A stretch of 63,454 nt of DNA, counting the filler, from Phoronis australis (lineage: Eukaryota; Animalia; Phoronida), in the NCBI GenBank assembly GCA_002633005.1. It is 8 parts of 8 records of this genome, joined end to end, with 100 filler letters (N's around TTAATTAATTAA, not from the genome) between each part and the next. Parts side by side here need not be neighbours in the genome. Positions count along the whole stretch, not along the records: positions 35,326 to 39,586 come from NMRA01002642.1; positions 39,687 to 60,244 come from NMRA01000344.1; 6 more parts are not named here. The stretch is one strand, 5' to 3'. Under the pieces are notes generated by a model. The model saw nothing but the letters and a program-made list of their open reading frames with translations. It was not told where the DNA came from and ran no database searches. Shown here piece by piece: positions 37,801 through 50,860 of this stretch. The translations under genes and the position numbers were made by a program. Every line of letters starts with the position of its first letter. Position 1 is the first letter of the stretch.

Positions 37801-38486
37801 TATATCACAAATTGTATATCAAAAAGTACAGTCGTGCCTTCAACCAAGTTTGTGCCCACACATTATGTGTACATGTAAATGTATACATGTGTATGTATGC
37901 CGTTTTCTCCTTTCGTCTGCCCGTCCGGCGTCTATCCTTTAGTCTACTTATCTCGAAAAACCCCTCCAAAGGCGTACCCAGAGTTTCACGAACTGGAGGT
38001 TCAAGTGAAATGACGAGTTTCTGAAGAGAATTCTGAAAACCGGTTATGAGTTTTCATGCCTCGTTCGAGTTCGAGCGAATTTTTGGGTGGATTCGGCTAC
38101 CGCTGTGCCCCGTAGTGGCAATTTTAGATCTTTACGTTAGCCTCCATCAACATAGACCCAATTCACGCGGCGGACATTAAAATCAAAAGCGAGGCTCATT
38201 GCGATAAGCAAAGCGAAAGTTGACATTGCCTGCATTTCGAGTCCAACCTGGATATTAAATCTTACAAATTTGTCGACAATTAACCACAGAGACGTAGAAA
38301 AATACATTAAAGAACAAGTTAATGCACCAAAGAGTTGTCTGACCAAAGGGTATATTTTTTTGGAAAACTTATTTTCGAAACATGAAAAGTAAATATGGCG
38401 AAATTGCGGCGATCGTAGTGTTACTGATTAGGTATTATGCTGAATGCAGGGTTACGCATCTTCTTGTAATTAAATTGTTGATAAAA

Positions 38487-39571
38487 ATGCTTTCTACACG
38501 AACCAGGTCATCTGCTCGTATTGTTGACGAGTTGAACTGAGATATATTCGACAGTGGTGGCTCATCGCATCTTGCTGTCATGTGCAAGTATAGTCACACC
38601 TGGTTNNNNNNNNNNNNNNNNNNNNNNNNNNNNNNNNNNNNNNNNNNNNNNNNNNNNNNNNNNNNNNNNNNNNNNNNNNNNNNNNNNNNNNNNNNNNNNN
38701 NNNNNNNNNNNNNNNNNNNNNNNNNNNNNNNNNNNNNNNNNNNNNNNNNNNNNNNNNNNNNNNNNNNNNNNNNNNNNNNNNNNNNNNNNNNNNNNNNNNN
38801 NNNNNNNNNNNNNNNNNNNNNNNNNNNNNNNNNNNNNNNNNNNNNNNNNNNNNNNNNNNNNNGGGGAACTGAGGTGCCTGTGCCTTCTGAGAGGAGATTT
38901 TTTTCGCTGAGTGAGGGGAAACCTCTACCTCCTGATCACCATCAATAGCACTCCCGCCGATTGCAAGCTCTCATAGGCTCTGCCTCAATTTAAAGTAGCA
39001 GTTTGTGCTCTTTCAAATTGTCGCTGTGTGGTTACAGGTGATTTGAACTCTGGATCGAGAGAAAATTTCTGTCACTAGGGGAATTTTTAGGCCTCGTCAG
39101 TGGGGGAATTTCGCGTGACTTTCAATATTTTTGAGAGGGTAATGGGGCCGATATTCGGCCCCAAAATCGAGGGATTGAGAGCCCTGTCCTTTTTGGAAAG
39201 AAAAATGCATCATGTTTCCAGTGGCGGATCTAGGATACCATAAGGAGTGGCCCAACATGTTGCCTCGGAAAATTGGGCAAGGCGCGATTGTATGCATAGC
39301 CGCCTGAAGGTTTCGGGGGCCGGCGATGTGAGCTGCTGTTCTCAAAATCTATCGAAGGACTAAAACAAGAGAAGGCAACAGTCCGCCGCGTTCGTCCGCT
39401 GCCCTTCCTAGTTCGTGAACTCCATATTTCCTCACGCTTCACGCTGTTGCTGTTTTATTTTTCTTGCACCAGCCAAGGGGCCCCCTTTGCCCCCCTAAAT
39501 CCGCCTATGTATTTCAACCCTTAGTCATGAGCCTGGCTGGCCGAAGATTCTCCGGTCGTTGCTATCGATGC
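38487..39571. mobile_element. Dispersed repeat, copy 2 (reverse orientation to 26710-27752), spanning a gap
   Basis: Reverse-complement matches to the blocks listed for copy 1. Confidence 0.8.
39219..39509. mobile_element. MITE (CAGTGGCGGAT.../...ATCCGCCTATG), 6-bp TSD
   Basis: tgtttc (39213-39218) and tatttc (39510-39515); empty site seen in copy 1 (gggttgaaacatgatgc). Confidence 0.7.
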
Positions 39572-39686
39572 TTGACAACCAGAGATNNNNNNNNNNNNNN
39601 NNNNNNNNNNNNNNNNNNNNNNNNNNNNNNTTAATTAATTAANNNNNNNNNNNNNNNNNNNNNNNNNNNNNNNNNNNNNNNNNNNN

Positions 39687-40260
39687 GCAACACCTGGAGT
39701 TACAAATGCCGGTAGTCCATCACCCACGTTAGCGCCAACAACACCAACACCCTCTACAGGTGACGTAACACCTGGACTTACAAATGCCGGTAGTTCATCA
39801 TCAACGTTAGCGCCAACAATACCAACCCCCTCTACAGGTGACGTAACACCTGGAGTTTCAAATGCTGGTAGTCCATCGTCCACGTTAGCGCCAACAACAC
39901 CAACCCCCTCTACAGGTGACGTAACACCTGGAGTTACAAATGCCGGTAGTCCATCATCCACGGTACCGCCAGCGACACCAACTTCCTCTTCAAGCGACTT
40001 AACAGCTGGAGTTACAGATGATGGCAGTCTATCATCTACAGGTGCTTTTGCAGTATCAACCACTAAAGGCGATTTTACACCTGAGAGTACAACGGATGTA
40101 TCTCCAACAGCATCAAACACCCCCGATGCCTCGTCCACGGAAACGCTAACTCCTCCAATGTCTTCACTTGCCAGTTCCAGTACAATTGCACCAAGCACCA
40201 CCAAACTGTCAAGAACTACTACTTTGAAGCCGCTGAACCCTTCAACAAACGTTGCGTTAG
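39687..40260 (+). CDS. Mucin PTS exon (3' part) with 78-bp/26-aa repeats TPGVTNAGSPSSTLAPTTPTPSTGDV
   Basis: Open Pro/Thr/Ser-rich + frame from the gap to TTA G|gtttgt. The listed minus-strand ORF 39635-40204 is its antisense shadow. Confidence 0.85.
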
Positions 40261-42540
40261 GTTTGTAGTTAGATTTTTTAAAATATTTTTGAGAGCCTAC
40301 AGAATTGTTGAATTTAAGTTTGGGTGTTAAAGGCTACTCCATTTTCAGCCTGCATTTTTAGTTGAGTACAAGACACGCGTGGAGATAAGATGCTGGACTC
40401 AGGAATGCATTTCTTTTTTGTCTGGTCAAAATATTTTAATTATCAGAAGTAATTTTTGCATGAATAAATATTGCATTAAAGATAGAATCGATTTTCCATG
40501 TCTTTTTAGTTATACGTCGATGATGAGACGATTTGGCTGTTAAAATATATAGCAATCTTTAAACCTCATTTGGTTAAAAAAGTCCTCTCTCATAGACAAT
40601 CCTTTCGTGAACATCCAATGCGCTATGTCTGAAAAATTTTATCTTAACATAGGCATCAACACGAAGAACGTCTTGCAGTTATGTTTCATCCATTTATTGA
40701 GTAAATTATCTCTGACTCGCAAAAAGATAACTGTGGTGCAAACGACAACAGAACAGATAATTGCACTGAAGCCCACAGTTAAGGCCGCGCAAGGAATTAA
40801 AAATATCACATATCGACAGAAAGTCCATACGAAATAGCTTCTTAAAAATTGAATACACTTCTTTGTAAAATTTCTTTTTTGCCAACTTTTATTTGTTTGC
40901 CCGCCCAACTAAGTATGAATTTATAATGGCTGTCACATCCCGACAGCAGAAATTACACTCCTGATACTGTTATCCGTGGTATTGGTCTGACGTCACCAAA
41001 TTATTTCTGGTACATTTGAAAAACATCAGCGTCGGTAAGAAAGTTTTGCCATAGACAAAATACTCAAGTTGCGTGGCGATAAAACGTGCAAAGCTTCAGA
41101 CGGTGCAATTTTCAGGTTGAATCAATCTTAAAAAATTGTCGTCCCGATTTTGTGACATAAAAACTGTTCAATTCTGTGTACAAACGTCATTTCTGTATGT
41201 CGAAGTAATTCGTAGGGTACTCATCGAATCAAAATGGCGCCACTCGGCGTTCCGAAGATCTTGCTTCTTCTGAGAAAGCAAGTCTTTTGCACGTATTCTC
41301 CGGAGCTTACTAACCTATCTCAGAAACATAGCGACCACTGAAATGACTAGCAGGCGAGTTTGAAGTTCTGAATTATGGGATTAAATCAGCTCAGGATTGT
41401 AGTTAAAGTCACGAGAATTCCTTCTAAATAATGAGAATGGACTTCGCTGGGCAATGTATCTCACCGTGAAAAGCACATGCGCAATATGTTGCTTCATTCA
41501 ACATTCAACTCCCAATTGTAATATTTTGATATGTAAGTCAGGACAAATTTTGTTCCAGTAGATTTGCGTATTAAACCATATAGTCTACAAATACTTATTT
41601 ACAGAGATGTTAATTGCCTAAATTGAGTCTGAAAAAATGCGTGGGAAATCCTGGTTTTATTGAGTGTAGTTCTTGAACTGGCAGAACGATTCAACTTAGT
41701 TTTAACTCCGTGAGAGGTTAGACTTTGGCTTTTACTGAGCGTCAGTAGGGTTGCTCTAAAACACCCTCGACCCCACACCAAACAGCCCCTTCGACCCACG
41801 AAGAGAGTCGACTCGGCAAGTTTGAAAGACAAAAACAGAAAAAATACAAAGCGACCAAATAAATTCATAGACCTACCAACGTTATAAATCGTCTCGTTCC
41901 CGGCAGAGAGTAATGGTCTCGTCTGCTCTTCAATGAATGGCTGATTCAAGTTATTTTGGGGGAGTGTGAGAAGGTCACGAATATGTAGTTTCTTTAGTGA
42001 ATACAATTTGAAAAAACAAAACTGTTATCTGAAAAAGCATTTCAAAGTCACATGTAGTGCATCGTAAACGAGTATACAACAGAAAGAAACTAACAGAAGT
42101 GTGAAATTATGTGTACACGTTACATGTACTCTCCCCCTAAGTTTAGTAGAAAACGGTCATTAGTAGCCACTCGTGGATCTATTTCCGTGACAACAATAAC
42201 ACACTCACAATCCGCCATTTCAGATCTGGTTCTTACGCCAATCTCTGTTTTTAACAACCAGTTTTGAACCAGAGCAGATTCGTGTAGTTAAGCCTAATGG
42301 AAAGTCACTCATCGACGAATAAGATTATGAAAAGAAAAAAGGCACAAATATACCTCTCTTGGTGCAGGTCGTGGGTTAAGGGGTCGAGGGATGCGGGGGT
42401 CGAGGGGGTCTTAGAACAACTAGCTTCAGTTTATTGCTCTCAGCTTGTTCGACTGCCAATTAAGAACAGGATGTATGCATGTATTTACACTATTGGGATA
42501 ACCATGTGCGCAGATATTATATTGTGTTTTCCTTTTACAG

Positions 42541-42656
42541 GAGGTGCAAAAGTGAACGTCTCATCAAATTTCAAGCTTAACGCAACATTTCAGACAGATT
42601 TGTCAAATAAAGAGTCGCTTCTTTTTAAGAATTATTCGGAGGCCATTGAAAACAAG
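42541..42656 (+). CDS. Mucin SEA domain exon 1
   Basis: ttttacag/gttaga; FKLNATFQTDLSNKESLLFKNYSEAIENK fits the SEA pattern F..DL.N..S..F. Confidence 0.85.
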
Positions 42657-42954
42657 GTTAGAAAAAAGAATAATGATTAACAACTATCTTTTAGTTTCCA
42701 TAGAAGTGCCTTATAGAGTGAGGAAACTACGTGAATTTTCAGGATGACAGAGGCTTTAATTGAAACGTTTGTGCACATTTTACATGAGAGAATGAACTGT
42801 TAAATGTCTGCTGGAGAGTTCCTAAACGACATTACACACGGAATGTATTCTTTCCCATATCCATCGTCTTCGTTGTGAGTAAACAATCTTTATCTACAAG
42901 TTTAAACTGTGTTTAACATTCTGATGCACATCAAAACTGTTCATACCGTTTCAG

Positions 42955-43246
42955 TTGTTCAGCCAATTTAAAAGCTTGATTGCATCTCTAGAGAAAGTTG
43001 TCGTCTTGAAATTTGAAAGCGGCAGCATCGACGTTTTGTATGAATTGGTATTATCAATGGAGACACTTCTGGATAGCGCTGGAAGGAATTTCACATCTGG
43101 CATTCCGAACAAAGACGGTGTGACAAAACAATTACAAAGGATTTCGAACGTTGTCCAAAACCTGCCTAAAGAATTTCAAGTCGGCGGAGAGATCGTGTCA
43201 ACATTATCAGCAACAGGGATTAATGTAGAAGAATATGCTGCACAGG
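42955..43246 (+). CDS. Mucin SEA domain exon 2 with autoproteolysis-type motif FESGSIDV
   Basis: ttcag/gtaagg; VVVLKFESGSIDVLYEL. Confidence 0.85.
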
Positions 43247-44322
43247 GTAAGGTATTGATTCATTTAAACACAAATCAACTACTTAGTGCTCTCCATATAA
43301 TAATTTCTGATCCTTCCGTGGTCTAGGTAAAATGACTTTGAAAGAATTTCATTAGCTTTTTGAAGTCGGGATTTTACCATTGTCAACGTTATTTTACTCC
43401 ATTGTGTATAGTCAACGTGTTTATGTCGTTTCCATAAGTTCTATTCAGCGTATATATTGATAGTTTCCAAACACCAAGGTCCTGATTTGTACAATAACAA
43501 TAACAACACAGATCCAGTTATGCAGGTTTCTTTACTCATGGAATCCTTTATTGAAACTTAGGCATACTGTGCTGCCCGATACCGGCGTCTTTCAAGGCGA
43601 CCACGATGTTTCCACTGGTGTAAATATTATCTGAATAACAACGAGAGCAAATGAAAGCTTACACAGCATTCCAAATTTGTTACACGTCAGTGCCGTTCAC
43701 AGTGCTTTAAAGGGGACATAGGTTTTGAATTTTTGACGAGTTCTATGTAATGAAGGTATTATCATGTCATGTTGGAGTGACCTGTACAATAAATTGAGAG
43801 CTCTTTGTACGACCAGGTATTTATCAAGAGACAGACAAGGTCACAATGACAAGTTCATTCTCTATGTAGGGAATGCAATGTTATGTCAACATTTGATAAT
43901 TTTAAAGTCATGCTCCTAGGCACAGGAACGAATTTTTTGGGAAATGAATAAAATATTCGATGATTGACCGCTTTCAATGGGCACGAAGAACTCAATCTGA
44001 CATAAACTGGTGTGGAAGGTTGAAATTAGATACGAGGATTGATAGCTTTCAATAAGAACTTGCAAAGAAATCAATCCGACATAAACAGGTTAACGTTAAA
44101 CCAAAAGTAAAAGTGAACATAGCGACGGCAGGGATTTAAGAATTTCCAAGTGAATACTCTGAATTATTCAGGAAGCCGAACTGTAAAGGATGCAACAAAG
44201 TAATGTCATTGTCAGGCAATAAGAGTCAAGGAAAACGTTCCCAATATTATCAAACTAGTATTGACAGATTGGACATTAGACATGCCATCCAAATTTTAAC
44301 GAAATCCATCGTCACCTTTTAG

Positions 44323-44503
44323 TTTTGCAGTCCCTTAAAAGTGTTTGCAAGGCAGAAGGTGGTTGTCCGAAAGGTTACGAATGCGTTACGTATAGAGACG
44401 GAGTATCGTACTGCAATGGAGAATGTTTGCTATATAAAGAGGGTATATGCGCCAGTGACGGGGCTGTGTGTCATTTGAACGTATCGCATCAGCCGGAATG
44501 CAG
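44323..44503 (+). CDS. Mucin Cys-rich/EGF-like exon
   Basis: ttttag/gtacga; VCKAEGGCPKGYECVTYRDGVSYCNGECLLYKEGICASDGAVCHLNVSHQPECR; phases fit neighbouring exons. Confidence 0.85.
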
Positions 44504-44908
44504 GTACGAAAAGATGTATCTGATACACAAGTGGGTTAATCGTTTCGCATTATGTCAATGTGGTAACTTGTTAGTGAGACTGTTGATGACTGGGTTGAAC
44601 CAAAATTAGGGCAAAATCAAATATAAGATATTGTACGTAAATAATCAAATGGAATATGCTATGTTTATATTGAAAGTAATTTATGGGATAACTCTGACGA
44701 AGGCCGAATCAAATCACATGTGGCAGAGAACTCGTATAAGATAACATTTCAATAAATAGTCCGACGAAAGTCTTAAACTTACGGCGACTGTCTTGGAGAG
44801 CAAAAAAGTGATCGATCAAATGCATTATCAAGCAAATGCGTGACATCTACGCACTCTGATGACGCAACTAAGAATAACATTTACTTTGTTAGAGCCTTTT
44901 TCTTTCAG

Positions 44909-45079
44909 GTGCGGTCCCGATTTCATCCAAATGAACGCCTTCAACGACAAATGTCAGTCGAAAACGACAGTTATAGCTTTCATTTGCGGAACAGCCGGGG
45001 GAATACTCTTCTTGGTCATTTTCATTGTAAGCCTCGTCTGTGGAATCAAGTTGAGGAAGGCGAATAGATATAAGCAAGG
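44909..45079 (+). CDS. Mucin EGF end + transmembrane exon
   Basis: tttcag/gtgagt; C...C then VIAFICGTAGGILFLVIFIVSLVCGI followed by basic KLRK. Confidence 0.88.
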
Positions 45080-45291
45080 GTGAGTCATTTTTTCAAATTT
45101 CAGACGAAAGCGAACAGACGAATTCGACCAGTGTTGCCCCTACGTGGAACAAACTTCTGGGTATTATTGAGAACAATTGCCTATACAATGTCAAATGATG
45201 TTTCTTTTAGAAATAACGTATGGGAAATAATATAATGCAATAATATAATCTAGTGAAACAGATTTTACATGCTTGCTCTTTATGTTGACAG

Positions 45292-45382
45292 CATCAACGA
45301 CAATGTGAGCATAGCTTCCGATGACCTTTACCATCTACGGCTGATGCGAACGGAAAGAGAGATTAACGATTACGATAATGAG
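45292..45382 (+). CDS. Mucin cytoplasmic exon (INDNVSIASDDLYHLRLMRTEREINDYDNE)
   Basis: gacag/gtttgt; phase 2-0 fits. Confidence 0.7.
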
Positions 45383-46779
45383 GTTTGTTTTCTGCAGCCT
45401 GATGCTAGTCAGCTCTAGAGCTCTCCGCCGACGTAGTTTCCTGCAAAGAAAACAAGATCTCGCAAAACCCCGCAAAATCTCGCGAATGAAAAGCAAATGT
45501 TTTGCGAGCATGCGCCTGAGCTTACCAGCCTGGCCTAGCAAAGTGTCGGCCATTGGAATGATTGGGCGATGATATAGACGCATTGGGATAAGGAAAGGAA
45601 TCCACGGCTTATTGGATACAATGCAATGTTTCTTTCCCACAAGCGAGGATCTGTGGCTGAAATTGCAAGTTAATGTCTCAATTCTACGGAGCTCAGCTCA
45701 GTTCATTGTTACATATACATGTACAACGAAACATGTGGTAACGAAAATCGTGTTGTGATAAAACGCTTCAATGTTACTCATCAAAACACCTGTCGCCCTG
45801 ATTAATTCACCAGGAACGTTGGTTTCCAAGACGGTTTTCATTCTATAATGCTGAAATATAGATTATTTTCTGATGTTACAAAAATCTCCAGATACAGATG
45901 AATTGTATTGCCTGCCAAAAAGTTCGCCAATGCCTTTCTTGTTTTAATGTCATTGTAAACCTGGGCATTATTGCCGAGAGAAGACGTTTATTCTCTACTT
46001 GGAATCGAGCTCAAGACCCCTGTAGTCGAAATCAGACTTCCTGTTGGCGGAGCTAATGCCCTTCAATAAATGACAGAGTGTTTTAAGCGTGTGCAATCAA
46101 AGATATGCGTAATGCCGGTGCATCAATGAGACAGGTACAAACGTTCTAGCTTTTCTCCAATGTAACATAGAAATTCAGAAACCGCCTGACACTTACGACG
46201 TATGAAATCGTTTCTTGTCGACAACGACCTTTTGAAACATTTTATAGCCTGGATTTTTGGCAGAGTTATCTCGCTTCATAGTACTCGCATGCGAATGGTG
46301 GCGCAGTTTTTATCGTATTAAGTAGCCGACTGCACCTGTAGTATATGTAGTCGTAAGGTAGGGAAACTCACATTGGAATCAGCATGATTGTACTGTGCAA
46401 CGTTTTTCAAGTCCTTGGCCAATACATTCGTCATATGTTTAGGTTTTGTGCATTCTGTGAAAAAGAGGGATATCCTTTGTTGACGTGATTTATAAAAGAT
46501 CAAAAATAACAAATGTTTCAATAGCGTCTGTCTTTGTGCCCTAAACCCGTTATATCCCTTTAAGTAAGGGTTTATCACAGGACAAGTGATGCAAAATTTT
46601 CAAACACATTTCCAGGTTACAGCAGTGCAACTTGCTACTCAACAATTAAGGGTGAAAGAAGATAAGAATAGAAAACATTTACAGCGATAATGACAGTCGT
46701 TGCAAATTTTATTGATATATCTGAGCAAGTTTCCTCCCTCTGCCTGAGTTCTAAAGACGTGCTTTTTTATTTCATTCAG

Positions 46780-46860
46780 GGATACATGACGGATAGAACG
46801 TCTTCTACCAAGGATGAACGTTTTGTAGTGAACCTTGCTAGTGTGGACACTACGACATCG
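46780..46860 (+). CDS. Mucin cytoplasmic exon (GYMTDRTSSTKDERFVVNLASVDTTTS)
   Basis: ttcattcag/gtaagt; phase 0-0. Confidence 0.8.
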
Positions 46861-47814
46861 GTAAGTTAATATTTACATTTGCATGATCTTGAGACAATTA
46901 TCCGTTTAATAAGAGGTAAGAGATATGTATTAACACTCATGTCGACTTTTTGTTCATGTTTATTTTATAAACTTTCTTCAACTGAAATATTTGTATTCCT
47001 CCCCAAATCATAGTGAGACAGAACAAATTCCCAAACTGAATACATAAAGCATTGCATTGACACCAGCTTTATGTCAGAGTATTGTTAAAAATTTAAATGT
47101 TAGCGTCAAACGAAGTGTAAAACACGACCGTTTGTTGAGCCTAACGCAGGTCGTCCTGCTACCACTGCCATAACTTACATAATGTACATTATTAAAATTA
47201 CGAAGTTTGCAGGTTATACAGTACCCTAGAAAAATGCTCAAATTTGACTAAGCGTATCTCATGAACGGTTGATCTACTAGATTTAAAATGGAACTTTCAA
47301 GTACTATGTATTGTGTACTGCTCTAGCAAACTCTGCGAGGAATTGTTCTAGAAATGATCTACTTGTGCCCCACAAATTAGGAAACAGGATTTTTGTGCAC
47401 AACACGAAAACGAAGAGATAATTTTAAAAAAAGTTTATCACCTTTTTGAGAGTTCGTCTTGAATGGACATTTCTTTTCTACTACGTTTTCGAAAACGACA
47501 TGGGTCTAGTGCCGCAATCAATGTCTCTGAAGTCAAAAATCAAGTTCTGCATACTTTCTGATTTAAGAAATCATATTCTGTTACTAGGTTATATTTCATG
47601 ATTTTGTAGATATTGGGCTAGATGTAATGACGTCTGGATAAGGTCCTACATCACTTTTATCTACATTGTATCACTTTAAGAACCAAATCTAATTTTCATA
47701 AAGCTAATTTCCAATCATTTACTAGAGACCCTACGATATATAGATTTGTTGTCGTAAAAATTTTAACAAGCAGTGTACACTGATCATCAATTGTTACCAA
47801 AAATCTTGTTTTAG

Positions 47815-48003
47815 TTTAAAATCCAACGACCGGAAGTCAGCAGTGTGCCCATTGGAGTGCATGCACAGAATGCCAACAACAAGCGATTGTCCACTGTCTC
47901 GTCAACGGGGAAACGGCCAAGCTTTAAGGAGAAAAGGAATTCAATTGACGAATTTAATACCGAACCAGAATCACAAAACCTTGTGGACTACTCTGCAAAA
48001 TAG
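47815..48003 (+). CDS. Mucin terminal exon (FKIQRPEVSSV...NLVDYSAK*)
   Basis: ttgttttag acceptor; open to TAG at 48001-48003. Confidence 0.75.
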   Translation, partial: FKIQRPEVSSVPIGVHAQNANNKRLSTVSSTGKRPSFKEKRNSIDEFNTEPESQNLVDYSAK

Positions 48004-50512
48004 CAAGCCTTTAAAGATGTGAATTCGTAATAAATTACGAAACTTATTTTACTTCAGAGTGGAAGGCGCATTTGATTGAAAGGAAGGATACTGGTGTAAA
48101 TATAACCGCATGCAGAAATCATTCTTGTCTAACATCCATTGTGGCCACCATCTCGTCAAATGGTGTGTGATGGCACGTTCAAACATTCTAGGCTTCATTT
48201 ATTGGGATGGAAGCGTGTATGATGGCACCTGGTGACATACTCTGGTTCATAATTTGGTGACAATTGAAACATGCTAGTCTTTTCGAACTTCGCAAAATGT
48301 TTTAATTGACCGCCAGGGAATGATGTATTTATTTACAACATTTGTTAGGAACACAGAACACGGAGGTCACCTCTTTCACGTAGATGTTAGTTGCCAAGAA
48401 ATGACACCACTTTTCTACTACAGGCTTATACAAAAGCTATAGACAATGCTTTTCAGAAAACTACTTTTTGAGGTGCTGATGTAATTTAAACATGTTCAAA
48501 ATGTCTGTTTGAACAGATTTTATCACATTTGTATTGTCATGGTGTTCTTAAAAGTGCTTATCATTGATCACCACTAGTTTGCTACATACTCAAACTTTTT
48601 TATAAGGAAAAAGTAATAGCTGAAAAGGGCTGGATAAATGACAAACCGAAACGTCGTGTATAAGTTGATGTAAATATACCAATATTTTATGAGACGACAT
48701 TAGTGTCTTTCAAGAAAGTATGATTTAAAGGGTTCAAGGTACTCCTGGTAAATGGCTGAGCAATATTGAACCACCCCCATGGAACCACATTATTGTCGTG
48801 TGCCCAATACCATACATTTAAAGCTGTGCTTGAATTGTTTTAGTTGTTTATAACCTTATAGATTCGTACTTAACATTCGTGTACAGGATACCACAAATAT
48901 AGTGACATTAATAGTAACTTAGGCGAACAGGGGAAGAGCGCTTCTGTGCGTGTGACTAGCGAAGACGTTTGATGTGTTTCATGTATAATTTAGACCTAGC
49001 AGAAAATGTGAACGGTCTTTTGATATCTTATTTCCTAGCAAAGGTGACTAGCGTGCGTTTGGATATGTTTGAGAGTGCTTTTTTGTATTAATTTTGCACT
49101 TAAGTATTGAGTTTAAAAGGGCACACTCTCTTTTAGGACTGAAAACTGCTTATTATATGGTTTTGTTGACCAGATACATATTTAGAAAACAAATTCCTTA
49201 GTTTTGTTTGTTGTCCTACAAATCGCCAAGCTTAACTTTCAATAATCACTTATTCCAAAAAATCTATGGCTAAATTTCGCCTACGTTTGACTTCATTTTT
49301 ATAAAATTTGACAATCAAAATTGAAATAACTGCAAATATAATGTAAATGGTACTTGGTATCCCGAGCAAGCTTTCAAGAACAGAAAAAGACTATGTCAGA
49401 AAATTTGAGAGTGCCTTTATATTTTAGTTTTATTTTGAACTCAGTAACCACAGCTGTTCGTACAAACTACAAAATTCACACAATTGACTCGTTTGGCAAA
49501 ACGTAGCTGCGCATAAGGTAATAGTAATATCAGCAAAGTCATGGCTTTCAAATCCACTTCCTTTTTTAACAAAACCACCCGACAAAAACCCCACGTAGAC
49601 AAAGTTTTATTTAACTAGTCTGCAATTGCAATTAATATAATATTATAAACAATAAATTGGATAATTGAAATTTTAGATAATTTGTTGTAAAGCCAAACTT
49701 ACTGATATGGTAACTTTAAATGATGAAAACGATCGTTATGCCACAGAGAAAAACGGTTACTTTAAATTTATTGTTCAGAAACTAAGGTAATACACTTGTG
49801 TGACATGCATTGATTTCAATGCACATCATTAGGAACAACATGTTTCTAGTGTGAAACTATGTAACGACACTATGAATTACAACATAACAAGATTTTGTAG
49901 CAAAGACAGTGCGCAGAGGCGTGAATCGGAAAGTGGCATGCTACGCTAAGTCGTGTGGCGTTTGTAATTCTTTAGTTTCTCAAATAAGACTTTTGTGAAA
50001 ATGCATGACAAAAAGAAACAATATTTTGGTAAATTGTAACAGCATTTTTTGAGATTTTATCTATAACATCTATAACATACGGGAACTCTCCATGTAATTG
50101 AGTAATTTACCCTTTTGTTTTGGTAAATTTTCCTAACAAAACAAGGGCACGTGACCTGACATAATTAACGTTAAAAGTTGAATTTTGCAGAATTACTACT
50201 TTCTGAAAATTAATACTTTGCTCACTTAAGTGGTGCAGTTTTGTAAATGTCTATATAAATTTAGACTGGTCATTAAGGTTCATAACTTCAAAACATAACC
50301 AATGAATTAGTTGTACACGGTGATGACGTAACACTATCAACACAGCGCATGAGGCTGTTGGGGCATAAATTGTATTTCATGAACGTTTTTGACAAAGTAA
50401 ATGTTCGAAAAATCAAATTGATCCATATTGTCGTGGATATTGCTTACAGAAATTCATATTAAATGCAATGTTCGTCCACAGGCGTCCTCAGCTTATCATC
50501 GTTCCCAATATC

Positions 50513-50860
50513 ACAAGGTATGACACTCGGGACTAGAAATTCTACGGGTGCTTTAATTCACAGAACTCAATAAATACTACAAAAACAGGGGTTCAACAAA
50601 CCATGAGCAATTGTTCTTTCTTTTAATACCATTTACGGTGTCCTGCTCCAGCGAGTTCGCAAGAAATTTGCGGTCAAAGCACAAACGTAAATTTCTTGCG
50701 AACACGCTGGAGCAGAATACCGTAAATATCATTAGAAGAAAGAACAATTGCTCAAGGTTTGTTGAACCCGTTTTGTGTAAATTCATTGAGTTTTGTGTTT
50801 GACATGGAAGGCTGAATTGAAGCACCCGTGGAATTTCTAGTCCCGAGTGTCAAACCTTGT
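50513..50860. mobile_element. Foldback/palindromic MITE
   Basis: Arms acaagg.tgacactcgggactagaaatt...gcaagaaattt and their reverse complement cover nearly the whole 350 bp. Confidence 0.85.

Noticed and set aside
39635-40204. 189-aa Val/Gly-rich minus-strand ORF
   Set aside because: Antisense shadow of the mucin PTS exon.
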